From contig CAJFCJ010000019.1 of NCBI GenBank assembly GCA_904063045.1, positions 1,565,700-1,629,699 of the forward strand: a stretch of DNA of 64,000 nt, in the 5' to 3' direction. This document shows, piece after piece, positions 39,438 through 55,038 of the stretch; position 1 is the stretch's first letter, and each line of letters starts with the position of its first letter. The stretch is from Dimorphilus gyrociliatus. Taxonomy: Eukaryota > Animalia > Annelida. Both the position numbers and the translations under genes were made by a program. Under the pieces are notes generated by a model. That model was not told the DNA's origin. It saw only the letters and a program-made list of their open reading frames with translations, and searched no databases.

Positions 39438-39619
39438 GTCATAGAGAATTTCATGGACTATGCGTGAGCGAAGTTTAGAATAATTTTCTGTATTTTGTAA
39501 TTTGGGCAGTAGTATATGACAACTGTCTACAAAAGCTTTGCATTTTATGCAATTATTAGACAACCAAATGCTGTTTTGTGAGTTCTTCTAAAATTGTTAT
39601 AGGCAATAAGGAAAAATGT

Positions 39620-39860
39620 AGCTGTATATATCACTTAGTCACCCGTCACTAAGGTTCACGTGCGCCCTCTTTTAATTTCTTGCGAAATACCGTTGACTTA
39701 CCGGTTTCATTTATCGTGTAAGAAATCGAAAAAATATTATCGATATCAAAATATTATAATTTAACATGCTATTCGATATTTTCGATAAATATCAGCATTT
39801 TCGATTACTATTTCCGGTAAATTACCGGTTCCGGTCAGATTCCTGAATATTCTATACTAT
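39620..39860. promoter_or_regulatory. Bidirectional promoter region, METTL25-family/CCT4
   Basis: CACGTG at about 39657, TATCGATA (DRE-like) at about 39739 with further CGATA half-sites, and CCGG-containing motifs, between divergent genes. Confidence 0.45.
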
Positions 39861-39956
39861 TTTTGTACTCTAAATAAAATCTGAGAAAATCTCTCTTGAT
39901 TTCCAACGTATATTTTATCATACATAGTATTCGGAGAAACACTTATTTATTGAGCC

Positions 39957-41888
39957 ATGGGAGAAACAAAAGTCGCCAAAGCCTCAGGTAGCAGCTCTGA
40001 GTACAAGGATAAGGACAAGCCCACAGCAATCCGATTCAGCAATATAACTGCTGGAAAAGGTAAATTAAGTCATATTTTTAATGATTTGAACACCACCAAT
40101 TAAATTGAATACAGCTGTGGCTGATGCCGTTCGTACAAGCTTGGGACCCAGAGGAATGGATAAGATGGTAAGTACATTAATGTAAATACATAAAATCATT
40201 CTGAAATTATATTTAAATTCATAGATCCAAGCTGGTAACGGTGAAGTCACAATTACAAATGATGGCGCCACAATCCTAAAACAAATGGAAGTTCTTCATC
40301 CGGCTGCTAAAATGGTTTGTAATGTAATTATGGACAAAGAATATTTAATTATGACGTAATACTTTGCAGCTTGTAGAATTGTCTAAAGCTCAAGATATTG
40401 AAGCCGGAGATGGCACAACTACCGTTGTTGTTATTGCTGGCAGTTTATTGGAGGCTGCACAAAAGTTGTTGTTGAAAGGTAAAAGAGCTAAACACGTGTA
40501 GTTTTACCTAAACAATATTTTTTTGTAGGCATACATCCAACTGCTATCTCTGAAAGTTACCAAAAAGCTGCCAGAAAATGCAGTGAAATCTTGGAAAGTA
40601 TGTCGACTCCAGTTGATTTGAAAGATAAGAATTCTTTATGTCAAAGTGCGTCGACGTCTCTTTGTTCTAAAGTTGTCTCCCAATATTCAAATGTCCTGGG
40701 CCCCCTCTGCGTTGAAGCTGTTATGAGTGTATATGATCCCATTGATAACAGCGTTGACATGAAAGATATCAAGATGATAAAGAAATTAGGGTTTGTTAAT
40801 TATTTTGTATGAAGCTCCATCACAAATAAATATTTATAATTAATAGAAGTACAATCGAAGATTGCGAAATGATAGATGGCTTGGTGCTCGATTGCCGGTC
40901 AGGTTCCGGAGGCCCTAGTAAGATAGAAAAGGCTAAGATTGGTTTAATTCAATTCTGTATTTCTCCTCCAAAAACTGACGTAAGTAATACAAAATTAATT
41001 ACCTTAATTTTCACTTGGTCTATAAATTCTTGCTTCTGATAGATGGAAAATCAAGTTGTAGTATCCGATTATACGCAAATGGACCGCGTCTTGCAAGAAG
41101 AAAGAGCCTATATATTAAACATTGTAAAAGCCATAAAGAAAGCTGGTTGTAACGTTCTTCTAGTACAAAAGTCAATTCTACGAGATGCTTTGTCTGATTT
41201 GGCTTTACATTTCCTCGCCAAAATGAAAATTATGGTCGTTAAGGATGTAGAACGCGAAGATATTGAGTTTATATGCAAAACGCTAAGTTGCAAACCCATC
41301 GCAAGTTTGGATCATTTTACCTCGGACATGTTAGCTTCGGCCGATTTGGTAGAAGAAGTACCCACCGGAACAAGCAAAGTAATTAAAGTCACTGGTATTG
41401 CCAAGAAAGGACGCACCGTCAGTGTTATTGTAAGAGGATCTAACAAATTGGTATTGGAAGAAGCTGAAAGATCAATTCATGACGCATTATGCGTTATAAG
41501 GTGTTTGGTAAAAAAGAGAGCCGTGATTGCAGGAGGTGGAGCACCGGAAATGGAAATGGCTTTGAAGCTGTCGCAATTTGCTAATACATTGACAGGAATG
41601 GAACAGTATTGTTTCAGAGCCTTCGCTGACGCTCTTGAAATTATTCCATTCACTTTAGCCGAAAATGCAGGTTTAAATCCTATAGCTACAGTTACAGAAT
41701 TAAGAAATAGACATGCTAACAACGAGAAAACGGCTGGTATAAATGTTAGAAAAGGAGCTATTACGAATATTTTGGAAGAGAATGTTCTGCAACCATTGCT
41801 CGTCTCTACTTCGGCAGTTCAACTGGCTGCTGAAACTGTTCGCAGCATCATGAAGATAGACGATATAGTAAATTGTATGAGTCGTTAA
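39957..41888 (+). CDS. CCT4: T-complex protein 1 subunit delta
   Basis: [18 protein letters not shown]|[18 protein letters not shown]|[32 protein letters not shown]|[29 protein letters not shown]. Confidence 0.97.
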
Positions 41889-42371
41889 GAGTGTTGTTTT
41901 TTTATTCATACTAAAATAAAATTTCGCTTTAATACATCTATCGGACGAATTATGCATTCATTATCGGAATAAAATAGTTCGCGAGGAGCGAAGACAGCGC
42001 AAACAAACAATCGATTTTGTATCATTTAATAAACAAAATCGGGTTTTTTCAAGAAACCATAACCGAAGAAAACTTGCTTGTACCTGAACTTCTAGTGTTT
42101 GGTGTGGGAAATTGGGAAAAAAGAAAAACCCCTAGAAGTGAACGAGGGGCGTATTTGCGCCGCCCCCCCCATCAGACCAAAGCGCGTACTCGCAGAAGGA
42201 CGCGTGACGTCACACGCAGAGGAAGACAAGACTGGAGAAATGGCGTGCCGCTAATCGCTTCTTAAAACATTTCGTTCGTACATTTTGTGTCAACTGGACC
42301 TTCTCCTTTCTCGTATGGATTAAGCGATCACCGTGGATTAGTAGCGACTCGTCTCATTTCAATCGAACAAA

Positions 42372-45300
42372 ATGGCCGCTAATATGTACAGAGTCGGAGG
42401 TGAGTATTGAACAAACTTGTAAAAAAAAAGCATGGAAGCAATCAAATGCCGGTCGCGTAGTAATATCGTCAAATTTTAAACTCGACTTTTCTAGGAAGAA
42501 TTCACTACAAAATCACTCGTATACTAAGTAAAAGTGCTAATTTTTAATTTTTGTGAGTGGTGGTCGTTGCATTTCGAGCGATAAACGACGCATTTGCGGC
42601 GAAATTGTGCACTCGCTTCGATCGCGTTTTCGCCGATGCCGATAGGCGATTCGCGAAATTCGCGTTTTCTAAATTGAAATTTTTAACAAGTTGGATTCTC
42701 CAGTTTTCGATTTCTATTGTTAATAACTATTATCTCACACTTTTCTTTGTGATGAATTAAGAAAAAAGTAATATTTTGTGTAATTAGCGATTGATTGTCA
42801 GATATTTATGGATCTATTTCTTATGGCGGATGCCGGTAAATGAAAGGTGTTAAAGGGCGCTTTTCTCTCAACAGATCACGTCTACTTCGAAACGTCGGCG
42901 TCGGGCCCTTATCAAATTCGAAGGATAGAAGAGTTAAATAAAGTAAGTATAAGTCGGTGTGTAAAAATAAGCAAATAGTAGTGTAGTATAAGCTTGACTA
43001 TCAAGATACTATGCGTATGAAGTGCTGATATATCTATTATATGTATATACATACATATTAAACAATGCATTTAACCTAATTTTTTTTCGCTTGAACAGAC
43101 TGCAAATGGGAATGTTGAAGCAAAAGTTATGTGTTACTTTCGACGACGGGAGATTGCTGCCAATCTCGTGTCTTTGGCTGACAAACATCAATGTAAGTTT
43201 CTGATGTTATTTTTATAGAGATAGCGGGGCTGTTTTTTGGTTCGTGTTTGTCTGACAAACGCTTACGTTTACTGCAATTTCGAAGATGGCCGCCTTTGCT
43301 GTCTTGAGCTGAGCTTACGTGGCCATACTTTAACCCTTATCCACCCACTGCAATGGAAATTTACCATTGTTCACATTATCAGTGAAATACGCCATCTAGC
43401 GAGTCTTTGAATCGCGCGCGCGCGTGTGTGTGTGTCTTTTCAATTGTAGCCGCACCTCATTGTGCACCTGACCAAACGCGTTCCAATATGAAGTTTGCGT
43501 GAGAAGGCGCTAAAAAATAAAATAAAGAAAAACTTCCAAACATCGTAAAATAACATTACGGAAAAGCGTTTCAGAAGGGATTTATTGTGAGGGGGCGCTG
43601 CGCGTATCAATTAATGCGGCTCGTCTAGAGGCGCAATGATACCTCAGAGCAGATGCCAACAGCGTATTTCAAAACGACTGTAGCTTGCACTACTTTCATG
43701 TTGAGGGGCACCATGACGTCATAAGATGGCTGAACTTGCGCTACTGTCAGCCTCCTTTATTGATTGGTCATTATTGACATTTTGACAATAATCCCATACA
43801 GCCGCTTTGGAAGAAGAAAGTGAAGAGAGGGGTAAAGAAGAGTTAAATGATTCGGAAAAGCACATGGTTAAACACAGGGAATTGTTCCTTTCACGACAGA
43901 TAGATACTTTGCCGGCCACGCATATTCGCGGAAAATGCTCTGTAACACTGCTAAATGAGACCGAATCTCTGCAATCATATTTAAATAGAGACGATGCATT
44001 CTTTTACGCTCTAGTCTATGATCCGAACCAAAAGACATTATTAGCAGATAAGGGTGAGATTCGGGTGGGTATAAAATATCAGGTCGCCGAAATACCTCCA
44101 ATGTTGGATGAGAGAGAGCCTGATCCTCGAGAAAAAGAAATTTTAGAATACTTGGAATGGCGACCTGATGTCCTATCAGGCGAACAGGTCGACCAATTTA
44201 CCGTTGTTGCCAGATCGGTGGGAACATTTGCTCGTGCCCTTGATTGTACATCCACAGTTCGTCAACCAAGTTTGCATATGAGTGCCGCCGCAGCATCCAG
44301 GGATGTTACCCTCTTACATGCTATGAAAGTTTTGCATGAAACCGAGTACGACGTCGGTTGTGCTTTAGCAGCACTTGTTCCATCAGGTGGCCCAGTTTTA
44401 TGTAGAGATGAAATGGAAGAGTGGGCAGCCAGTGAAGCTAACTTGTTTGAAGAAGCAATGGAAAAATATGGAAAAGATTTCCATGATATTCGCCACGACT
44501 TTTTACCTTGGAAAACATTGAACAGTTTGGTCGAATATTACTACATGTGGAAAACAACAGATCGTTTCGTTCAACAAAAGCGTATTAAAGCTACTGAATC
44601 AGAAAGCAAATTGAAACAAGTTTATATACCGACTTATAACAAGCCCAATCCTTTGCTGATCAACAACAGTAATGATAGCAAAGCTTGTGAAAGCTGTTCA
44701 ACGACCAATGGTAAACAATGGTATGCATGGGGTCCCTCTACAAACAATCTCCGGTTGTGCGACTTATGTTGGGTGTACTGGAAGAAGTATGGAGGTTTAA
44801 AAACCCCTTCACGAACTGTTGATGAAAGAACAGTCAGCGCCAACACTCGAGTTTCAGAAAGAATTATTGCCCAACCCCCTTGTACTCCTGTTATGAAATC
44901 GCATAGGTGTACTTATTCTAATTGCAACAAAGAGTTTAAAATGAAGCCACAGTTGAATAAGCATATGGAAAAGGCACACGGAGTTGCTATGAGACCGACT
45001 AGTCCAAATTTGAAACCGTCAATGAAACCAAGAACAGCTTTCTGTCTGCACACCACAGGTCTTACACGCTTATCGAGGCGATTGTGTGCTGATAAACTCA
45101 ACTTGTCTCGAGCGGCTCGAAATCCTTTCCAACCTATTAACATAACGGTTATCAAACAAGTTTGTCAGCAGCGATTGTCGCAAGCACCACTACGACCATT
45201 GCCTCGAAAAGCCTCCCAACCAAGTGAAACAATCCTTCAACGACTCGGCATTGATACCACGCAAACTCCAGCAATTTTAAATCGACAGAATTTAAAGCCG

Positions 45301-45889
45301 CCTGTTACACATTTAGCTTTCCCAAAACCCGACAAAATGCCACTGCCTCGTCTTCGAGCTGCTAGTCCTAACATGAACAACTCGATAAAGCGTCCTCATG
45401 AAAACGGTATAGACTCTATTGTCGACCCAAAAAGGAATTCAGTGAATTCCGTTATTCGACATCCCGGCGGAATCCGTACAGGATCCCCTCATCACCGAAA
45501 TACGGTTATCAATCAAATCAACGGACGGTCCCACTCAAACACTCAGACGTCTAAGTTTTTGCCGAAAGCTACAAGCATATTGAAAAGAGGCGTATTAATG
45601 TGGGTTGATTCACAGGACGATGTACTATTCATAGCTACTGATTCAACAAAGTAAGTTATTTATATTTGTTCCATGTAGAATACATGTATTTATATATTAA
45701 TAACCTGGTCTTGTCAATCACAGAAAAATTCGCCGCCAACTTACTGCCGCCCAATTGAAACGCGCAGGACGTAAACCTTGGCGCAGACTACCAGGCGTTC
45801 GTACTCCTTTGTCTATCACCGAACAACGCGCCTCCGCTGGTCCTACGGCTGCTCCTCTTGTCAAACAGGACGTTGTAGTTGTCGAATAG
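42372..45889 (+). CDS. MTA1: Metastasis-associated protein (NuRD subunit; BAH-ELM2-SANT-GATA zinc finger), 5 exons
   Basis: MAANMYRVG|[17 protein letters not shown]|[47 protein letters not shown] ([15 protein letters not shown]), [21 protein letters not shown]. Last exon 45724-45889. Confidence 0.95.
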
Positions 45890-46334
45890 AAGACGTGCCT
45901 TTTGCTCAGAACGCGCCAACAGCGGAGATTGAAGAGACGTTTCTTTTTTACTCGGCAATGTGGCGGGATTTTTCTTTTTTTGCATATTTTATCATTGGGT
46001 TCCAGTTATCATCGCTATATATTATACATTCGTGTAAAATGTTTTTGTTTGTATATGCTTTTCAGTTACCGTCGTCGATTGACGATTTGAACCGCGTGTT
46101 ACTTTAATTTGTAGTGTACATGGATTGGATGGAATAAATTATTCGTTTAACTGATTCAAAATAACTGTTTTAACTGATACAAATACAAGTTGCTAAGAAA
46201 GTGCGGATTTTATAAAAGATTTTGGAGTAAGTACACTACTGCCCTCTGCAGTGTTAGAATTTTGTTTAAAAGCTTACAGGTGTACTTAGTTGATTGCTAA
46301 TTTCTTCCAGTTTTTTATTAAATATTACCTTGCT

Positions 46335-46956
46335 ATGGCTCCTGACCCAGATGAGAAAACTCGCAAAACTGATAATTACCAACTGTCATCAGAAAATGAA
46401 AACGTTCACCCTATAGACGATCATTCCGAGTCTTCAGACGATGGTGGTAATGAGCAGGACTACAGTGGCTATGAGTTACTTCCTCAGGAAGTTCCAACCA
46501 GTTCCATCAATGAAATTATCAATAATCTCACAGAAGAAAACATCGATAACGTCATACAGAGTTCAATCGATAGTGACTCTCTAACTGTAGGAGGGACAAC
46601 AACAAATTCTTCCGTAGGTCTTACATATTTATCATTGAAAAATAACGCTAATATCAGTGTTGAAACTTATAGCAGGAAAACTCGCATGACGGAGAAATAT
46701 CAGAAAGGTGCTCTGTTTGGAAAACGAAAAGACCAAGTGATAATATTCCCCTAGACGAAGGTTTGTACGTCTTATCTTTCTATATTTTTTTGTTCCAAGA
46801 TTTCATTTTAAAAACATTTTAGATAGGGCATCGCAAATTAAAAATGCTATGTTAAAAATTCAACTGCCTTCATCAGCTCATCCTACTTGGGCAAAAGATG
46901 TATCGGAAGACGTTTGGAAACATAAGTTGTTAAAGTCTCTGACACACAAATCTTAA
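46335..46956 (+). CDS. MEA1: Male-enhanced antigen 1-like, 3 exons
   Basis: MAPDP.., acidic N-terminus with GYELLPQ, then |QENSHD..IPLDED|RASQIKNAMLKIQLPSSAHPTWAKDVSEDVWK. This matches the MEA1 C-terminal 'M..LP....P.WA..I...W' motif. Confidence 0.8.
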
Positions 46957-47228
46957 TAAATGACAATGCAGGGTATATTGATCATTTCACATTCAAAAAA
47001 CAGATTTGTCTAAATATTATAAAAGCGTCATAACGATATATATATGTATAATAAATAACACGATGTCGTCTAAATACTTTTAACAAGTAGTCGTACACAG
47101 ATAGTCTCGCGCGCACGTTTTCGCAGACATGTTTAATGTGATCTACTTAAACATTTACAATTAATCAAGACTAGCAGTCCAGTTATAAAATAGCACAACG
47201 TCATCACAGTATCTGGGCGGGAATGATT

Positions 47229-50584
<3,356 letters not shown>

Positions 50585-50930
50585 TTTGCTTTCGACTGTC
50601 TTTCGCCTTACTGGGTTTTCTTGGCAGCCAAACAACGCCGTTGATTGGTCAATAATAATCACGTGACTTTGAAAATATTTTTCAGCCTGGTTCCCGATCG
50701 ATTAGAGATCAGGTACCAGATTCGTTTCCTTTATAAAAAAAATTAAATAGTAGCTTCCGTGGGTGATGAGGCGTCACCAAATATAATTAGGCCGTAATAC
50801 ATCTATTACGTCGCTAAACGTTCTCTTTCGTCAGGCTTACGTACATGCAAAAAAAAAATAAAAAATAACGCAGCTGTTGTGTTCTATTTATAGGCCTAAG
50901 TGGCCATGATGAAAATAACACGTAAAACAT

Positions 50931-52363
50931 CTAAACAATTAATGACAGATTAACGTTGAAATAAACTTTTCGATCGGAATACAATTTTAGTTTTTTACGT
51001 CGATTATCAACAGGTTTTTTATAGAGCTCTAAAGAGACGCGTTTATCATTCATATCGTCCCTTTCTATATAAGTCCAACATTTTGTACTGGTTGACTTTT
51101 TTTTTGGCTTATAGTGGCAAAATTCGAAGAAAACAGCAAATCCAAGCGGTAAAAATTCGATTGGTTTTTGAAGATAGACTGTTTGATTGAATATTATACA
51201 ATCATTTTCTACTCTATGGGAAGACGGTGTCCTTTGCGTGATGGATACATTTACTCCATTCTGATCTGTTAATTAATATAAATTTGTTAGATTTCGCTAG
51301 ATGAAAAAGATTTAACTATTAATCTTAACTATCTTTCTTTTATATACCTTTTACTGATACAGATATAAAAGGATCTATATATTTATAAGATGACTTTAGC
51401 GCAATTTTTTCAATAACTATACCCAAAGTCGTCTTTCCTGGAAAGGATGGAGGGGCTGGAAGTAAATTTCCTCTACCTAAATTAAACATATTTCCATAGT
51501 TAAAAATAAATAGAAATGTTCAAATAACGGTTATTATAATTCGTTTAAATGTAATAATTACAACTGCCTAACAGGCTACTGTTGTTGGTTCCTTCAGAAT
51601 CTGGATCGTTTTCTTGTAAATTTGGCAAACATATCGTTACCGTGGAAACGCTAACGACATCTGTTGGGAAATTGGACCGAATTTGATGATCATTTTTCAT
51701 TAGCTTAAAATCTGTTTCGAGGAGAGAAAAAATAGGAAAATATTAATATCACTTTTTATGACAAGTGTTCTATTTCTTTAAAGAAAAATATGCCAACTTT
51801 CGGAAATCAGTTTCATATCTTGTAGTGTTATAGCTTTAGACGTCGCTTCCGTGCTCTGTATTAAATTAATTTTCAAGAAAGGATGTGTTAGCCTAGAGGC
51901 ACTTGGGTGCCGGGGTTGTAAAGAAGTATAGCTATACCTCTAGATCTTTTATCCTCAATTTAAGACAGGAAACGAATTTGGAGAGAAATTTCTATTCAAA
52001 GGTGGAACCTTTAGTTCAAATAGAAAATCTATAAATTTATTGTTTTAATACCTTTTCATGTCCTGTAAATAATTCAGTTGTAGGGTAAGATTCTTGTTCA
52101 ATTTGTTGAGAAATTCTGGAAAGAAAGGCGAAGGGGATTAATTTTTCTCCTTATTATCATAAATATTCACGTGGGACTTGTGTTGTATCTAATAGTGCGT
52201 TGTTTTGTTTTCTTTTTATCGATAAACTATACCTTTTATAGATATCTTCAGCTACTAACGGTTCACCCCATGTATCACAGTCCATAGCCTTTTGAAAGGA
52301 CATTAGCCAAGATGATAGAATCGCACTTCGGGCAGTCTTCCTAATTTCCTCTTCGTCTGACAT
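50931..52363 (-). CDS. AIDA: Axin interactor, dorsalization-associated protein (Aida N plus C2 domain), multi-exon
   Basis: WLMSFQKAMDCDTWG, SKFVSCLKLR, GNLLPAPPSFPGKTTLGIVIEKIALK..IDPFISVSVKD, AVFFEFCHYKPKKKSTSTKCW, LELYKKPVD.RKKLKL. Stop TAG at 50931-50933. Confidence 0.92.
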
Positions 52364-52799
52364 ATTGTCTACTTACGACACGGAATGAAAATCTAATTGC
52401 GATAAATACATATGTACTTCTAACCTTAAATAAATATAAAAGTGTATACTATACCCTCTTCCTTCACATACATTCAATATATAAATAATATATTCTTTAA
52501 ATAAATATAAGATAGCTCCACATGTAATTACGACTCCAGATGTAAATGTAACCAGTATATTCTATCTTCTATATAGTCTTGGCGCAATTTTTTACACCTG
52601 AGTACTTTTCGTTCCTTTAAAATATAGTTATTTCACGATAGATTTTGAGTGGTTTTTTTTCCACCGGAATGTAGCTTCCATCTAGTAAAAATCAAAGACC
52701 GTACTCGGTGCCCATGGTTTCCATATTGACAGAAATCAATGCTGGTGCGCCTTGATTGATTACGTAGGCCTATTAGCCTCTTTTATTTCTTTTCCCATT

Positions 52800-52817
52800 C
52801 CCCCCCCCCCCCCCCCC
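52800..52817. repeat. C18 homopolymer (G18 on the minus strand)
   Basis: 18 consecutive C in an otherwise AT-rich intergenic region upstream of AIDA. Confidence 0.85.
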
Positions 52818-53532
52818 TTTCCTTCTCCGCTAGTAATTTTAGTTGTTTTACTACTACCATTGTAAATAGTAAATATACATAAAAATAAAGAGAAAGTAAT
52901 TATTTTTCATTAATAATAAATTCTAATATGCGTTATATTTGATTAGTGTTAGTGGAGTCGTAGGAGGTCTAATTATTAAATACGCTGTTAACAGGTGTAT
53001 CTTGATATCCTTAATTAATTGTTTGTCATATTAATTACTAAAGAATTTTCTTTTTTAAAGAAACTAATTTTTTTTATCGTATAGAACGTAGGAAAAATAT
53101 TTTTTTTGGAGTAAAAAACTTCGCATTTGTAACCTTTATAAAGTCCATAATAAATAAAAAAACAAAACAATGAAGCCAGTAGGAGCGTATACGAACTTGC
53201 TAGTGTGTTTTTTATATATGTATATACAGTGTAACAGAAAATCTAACTTGAAGGAAAAAAACGAGAAAAAAACAACGTAGAATCGAACTACACGTTATTT
53301 TCTATTCTTCTTAACGCAAATTATTCTAAATAGATGGCAGGTAAACTACATTAAAAACTAAGAATATGGAGAATAAAGGGCAACTAAGTGCTCTGACAAG
53401 GGACAAACGAGATTGCATAAGTTTCTTTTTACGTGATCAAGTCTAAAATATACATTATATGTGGTATTGTGTGTATATACTAATATATATAATGTATATA
53501 AATTTATACTAATAGATTTTTATAGTATAATT

Positions 53533-55038
53533 TTATTCATTAGAGAGCGTAAACTGTTGTAAATATGAATTTAATTGCTCTTGTGTCAAATGAAAAACAT
53601 CTTGAGGCAGAGAATTTGTTGATACACTCTCTTCTATACCATTCGTTTGATTATTTTGAACGTTTGGTGCAATATTGCCAGAAACTCTTAGATCGGATAG
53701 AGGTGGTTGACAGTCTTTAGATAATTTATGAACGCCTTGCAAGTGACGCCTTAAAACTGAAGCATCTTTAAAGGTGTATGAACACTGTGAGCATTTGTAT
53801 GGCTTTTCACCAGAATGAATTCTTTTGTGACGTTCAAGAGAATGCTTTTGCATAAATTTTTTAAAGCAGACATCGCACGAAAATTCTAGAATTGATTGGT
53901 GAATTTTTAAATGAACTCTTAAGCTAGTTGCATGCTTAAATTTTTTCTCACAACTTGTACAAGGATAGGGAAAGTCGTCACGGTGAATTCTTTCGTGTTT
54001 TTTTAAGTCGGTACCACGTTCGAACCTCTTGCCACAGGTTGAGCAGCAATGCTTTTTTTCTACTAGATCTCCACTATGTAATTTCAGATGATGCTTTAAT
54101 GAATGCTTTTGTCTGAATGATTTAGAGCAAATTCCACACTTTAAAGTTATAGTGCGCTTTTCATGAACGGTACGAAAGTGGGATTGGAGATTTTGTTTGC
54201 TTGAATAGGATTTTGGACAAGATAAGCAATTAAATCGAGGTTGAGGTAATGATGTTTCCGAATGCGAGCTCATATGCTTTTTTAATGTGTCTAATTCCCG
54301 GTATTGATTATCGCAAATTGAACACTGATAACGTTCAATATGCTTTTGTCCATGCTTCATTAATTCTACGCTGAAGGCGAACGTTGATTCACAAAGTGGA
54401 CATGTGTATCTTCTGGCGACATGGTTTCTAATACAATGTTTTTCTGTTACCGTTCGAGAACGGAAACTTTGTTCACAAGATTTGCATTTAAAAATCGATG
54501 GGTTGGATTCATCTACTATGTATTGTTCTCCTTCCAATACTTTGGTTGTATCTTTATCAATATTTTCAACAATCACTCTCAAACGATCATTTAAAGAATC
54601 AATTACTTCTTTGTCTTCCATTATACATTCGCTTTCTAGTTCTTTAGTATAAGCAAAAATTTTTCCTATAGGATCATCATTATTAAGCACGCCTTTTCTG
54701 CCTTTTGGATTTCTTGGTGTTTTATTATTAAGAAATTTCGATACGTTTCTTAGGTCGTCGGCGGATTTTACAACAAATTCTGCATCAGTTTTTTGGCATG
54801 AAAGTACTCTATCTTCAGTAGACTCGGGCAGTTTTTGAAAAAATGCCTTTAGGACTTCGTGCGCTTTAACTATTGATTCTAAACTTCCCTCCAGATGATA
54901 GAGACAGTTGCTAGGAGTGCTATACAACTCTACTCCACAGTCTTTTAGAGATGATAACAAAACAGTAGATATTTCACTTGATTGCTTAGGTAGAAGATTT
55001 TCCGGTAGTTTTGCGACAACATTAGCAAAAAAAGACAT
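53533..55038 (-). CDS. C2H2 zinc-finger protein, 9 fingers, single-exon CDS, 501 aa
   Basis: Nine CxxC..H..H fingers (for example YPCTSCEKKFKHATSLRVHLKIH) and one HSGEKPY linker. Confidence 0.93.
   Translation of the reverse strand: MSFFANVVAKLPENLLPKQSSEISTVLLSSLKDCGVELYSTPSNCLYHLEGSLESIVKAHEVLKAFFQKLPESTEDRVLSCQKTDAEFVVKSADDLRNVSKFLNNKTPRNPKGRKGVLNNDDPIGKIFAYTKELESECIMEDKEVIDSLNDRLRVIVENIDKDTTKVLEGEQYIVDESNPSIFKCKSCEQSFRSRTVTEKHCIRNHVARRYTCPLCESTFAFSVELMKHGQKHIERYQCSICDNQYRELDTLKKHMSSHSETSLPQPRFNCLSCPKSYSSKQNLQSHFRTVHEKRTITLKCGICSKSFRQKHSLKHHLKLHSGDLVEKKHCCSTCGKRFERGTDLKKHERIHRDDFPYPCTSCEKKFKHATSLRVHLKIHQSILEFSCDVCFKKFMQKHSLERHKRIHSGEKPYKCSQCSYTFKDASVLRRHLQGVHKLSKDCQPPLSDLRVSGNIAPNVQNNQTNGIEESVSTNSLPQDVFHLTQEQLNSYLQQFTLSNE

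Noticed and set aside
51560-51570. Possible GC-AG donor in AIDA
   Set aside because: A GT donor 3 nt away gives the same phase, so a non-canonical site is not required.
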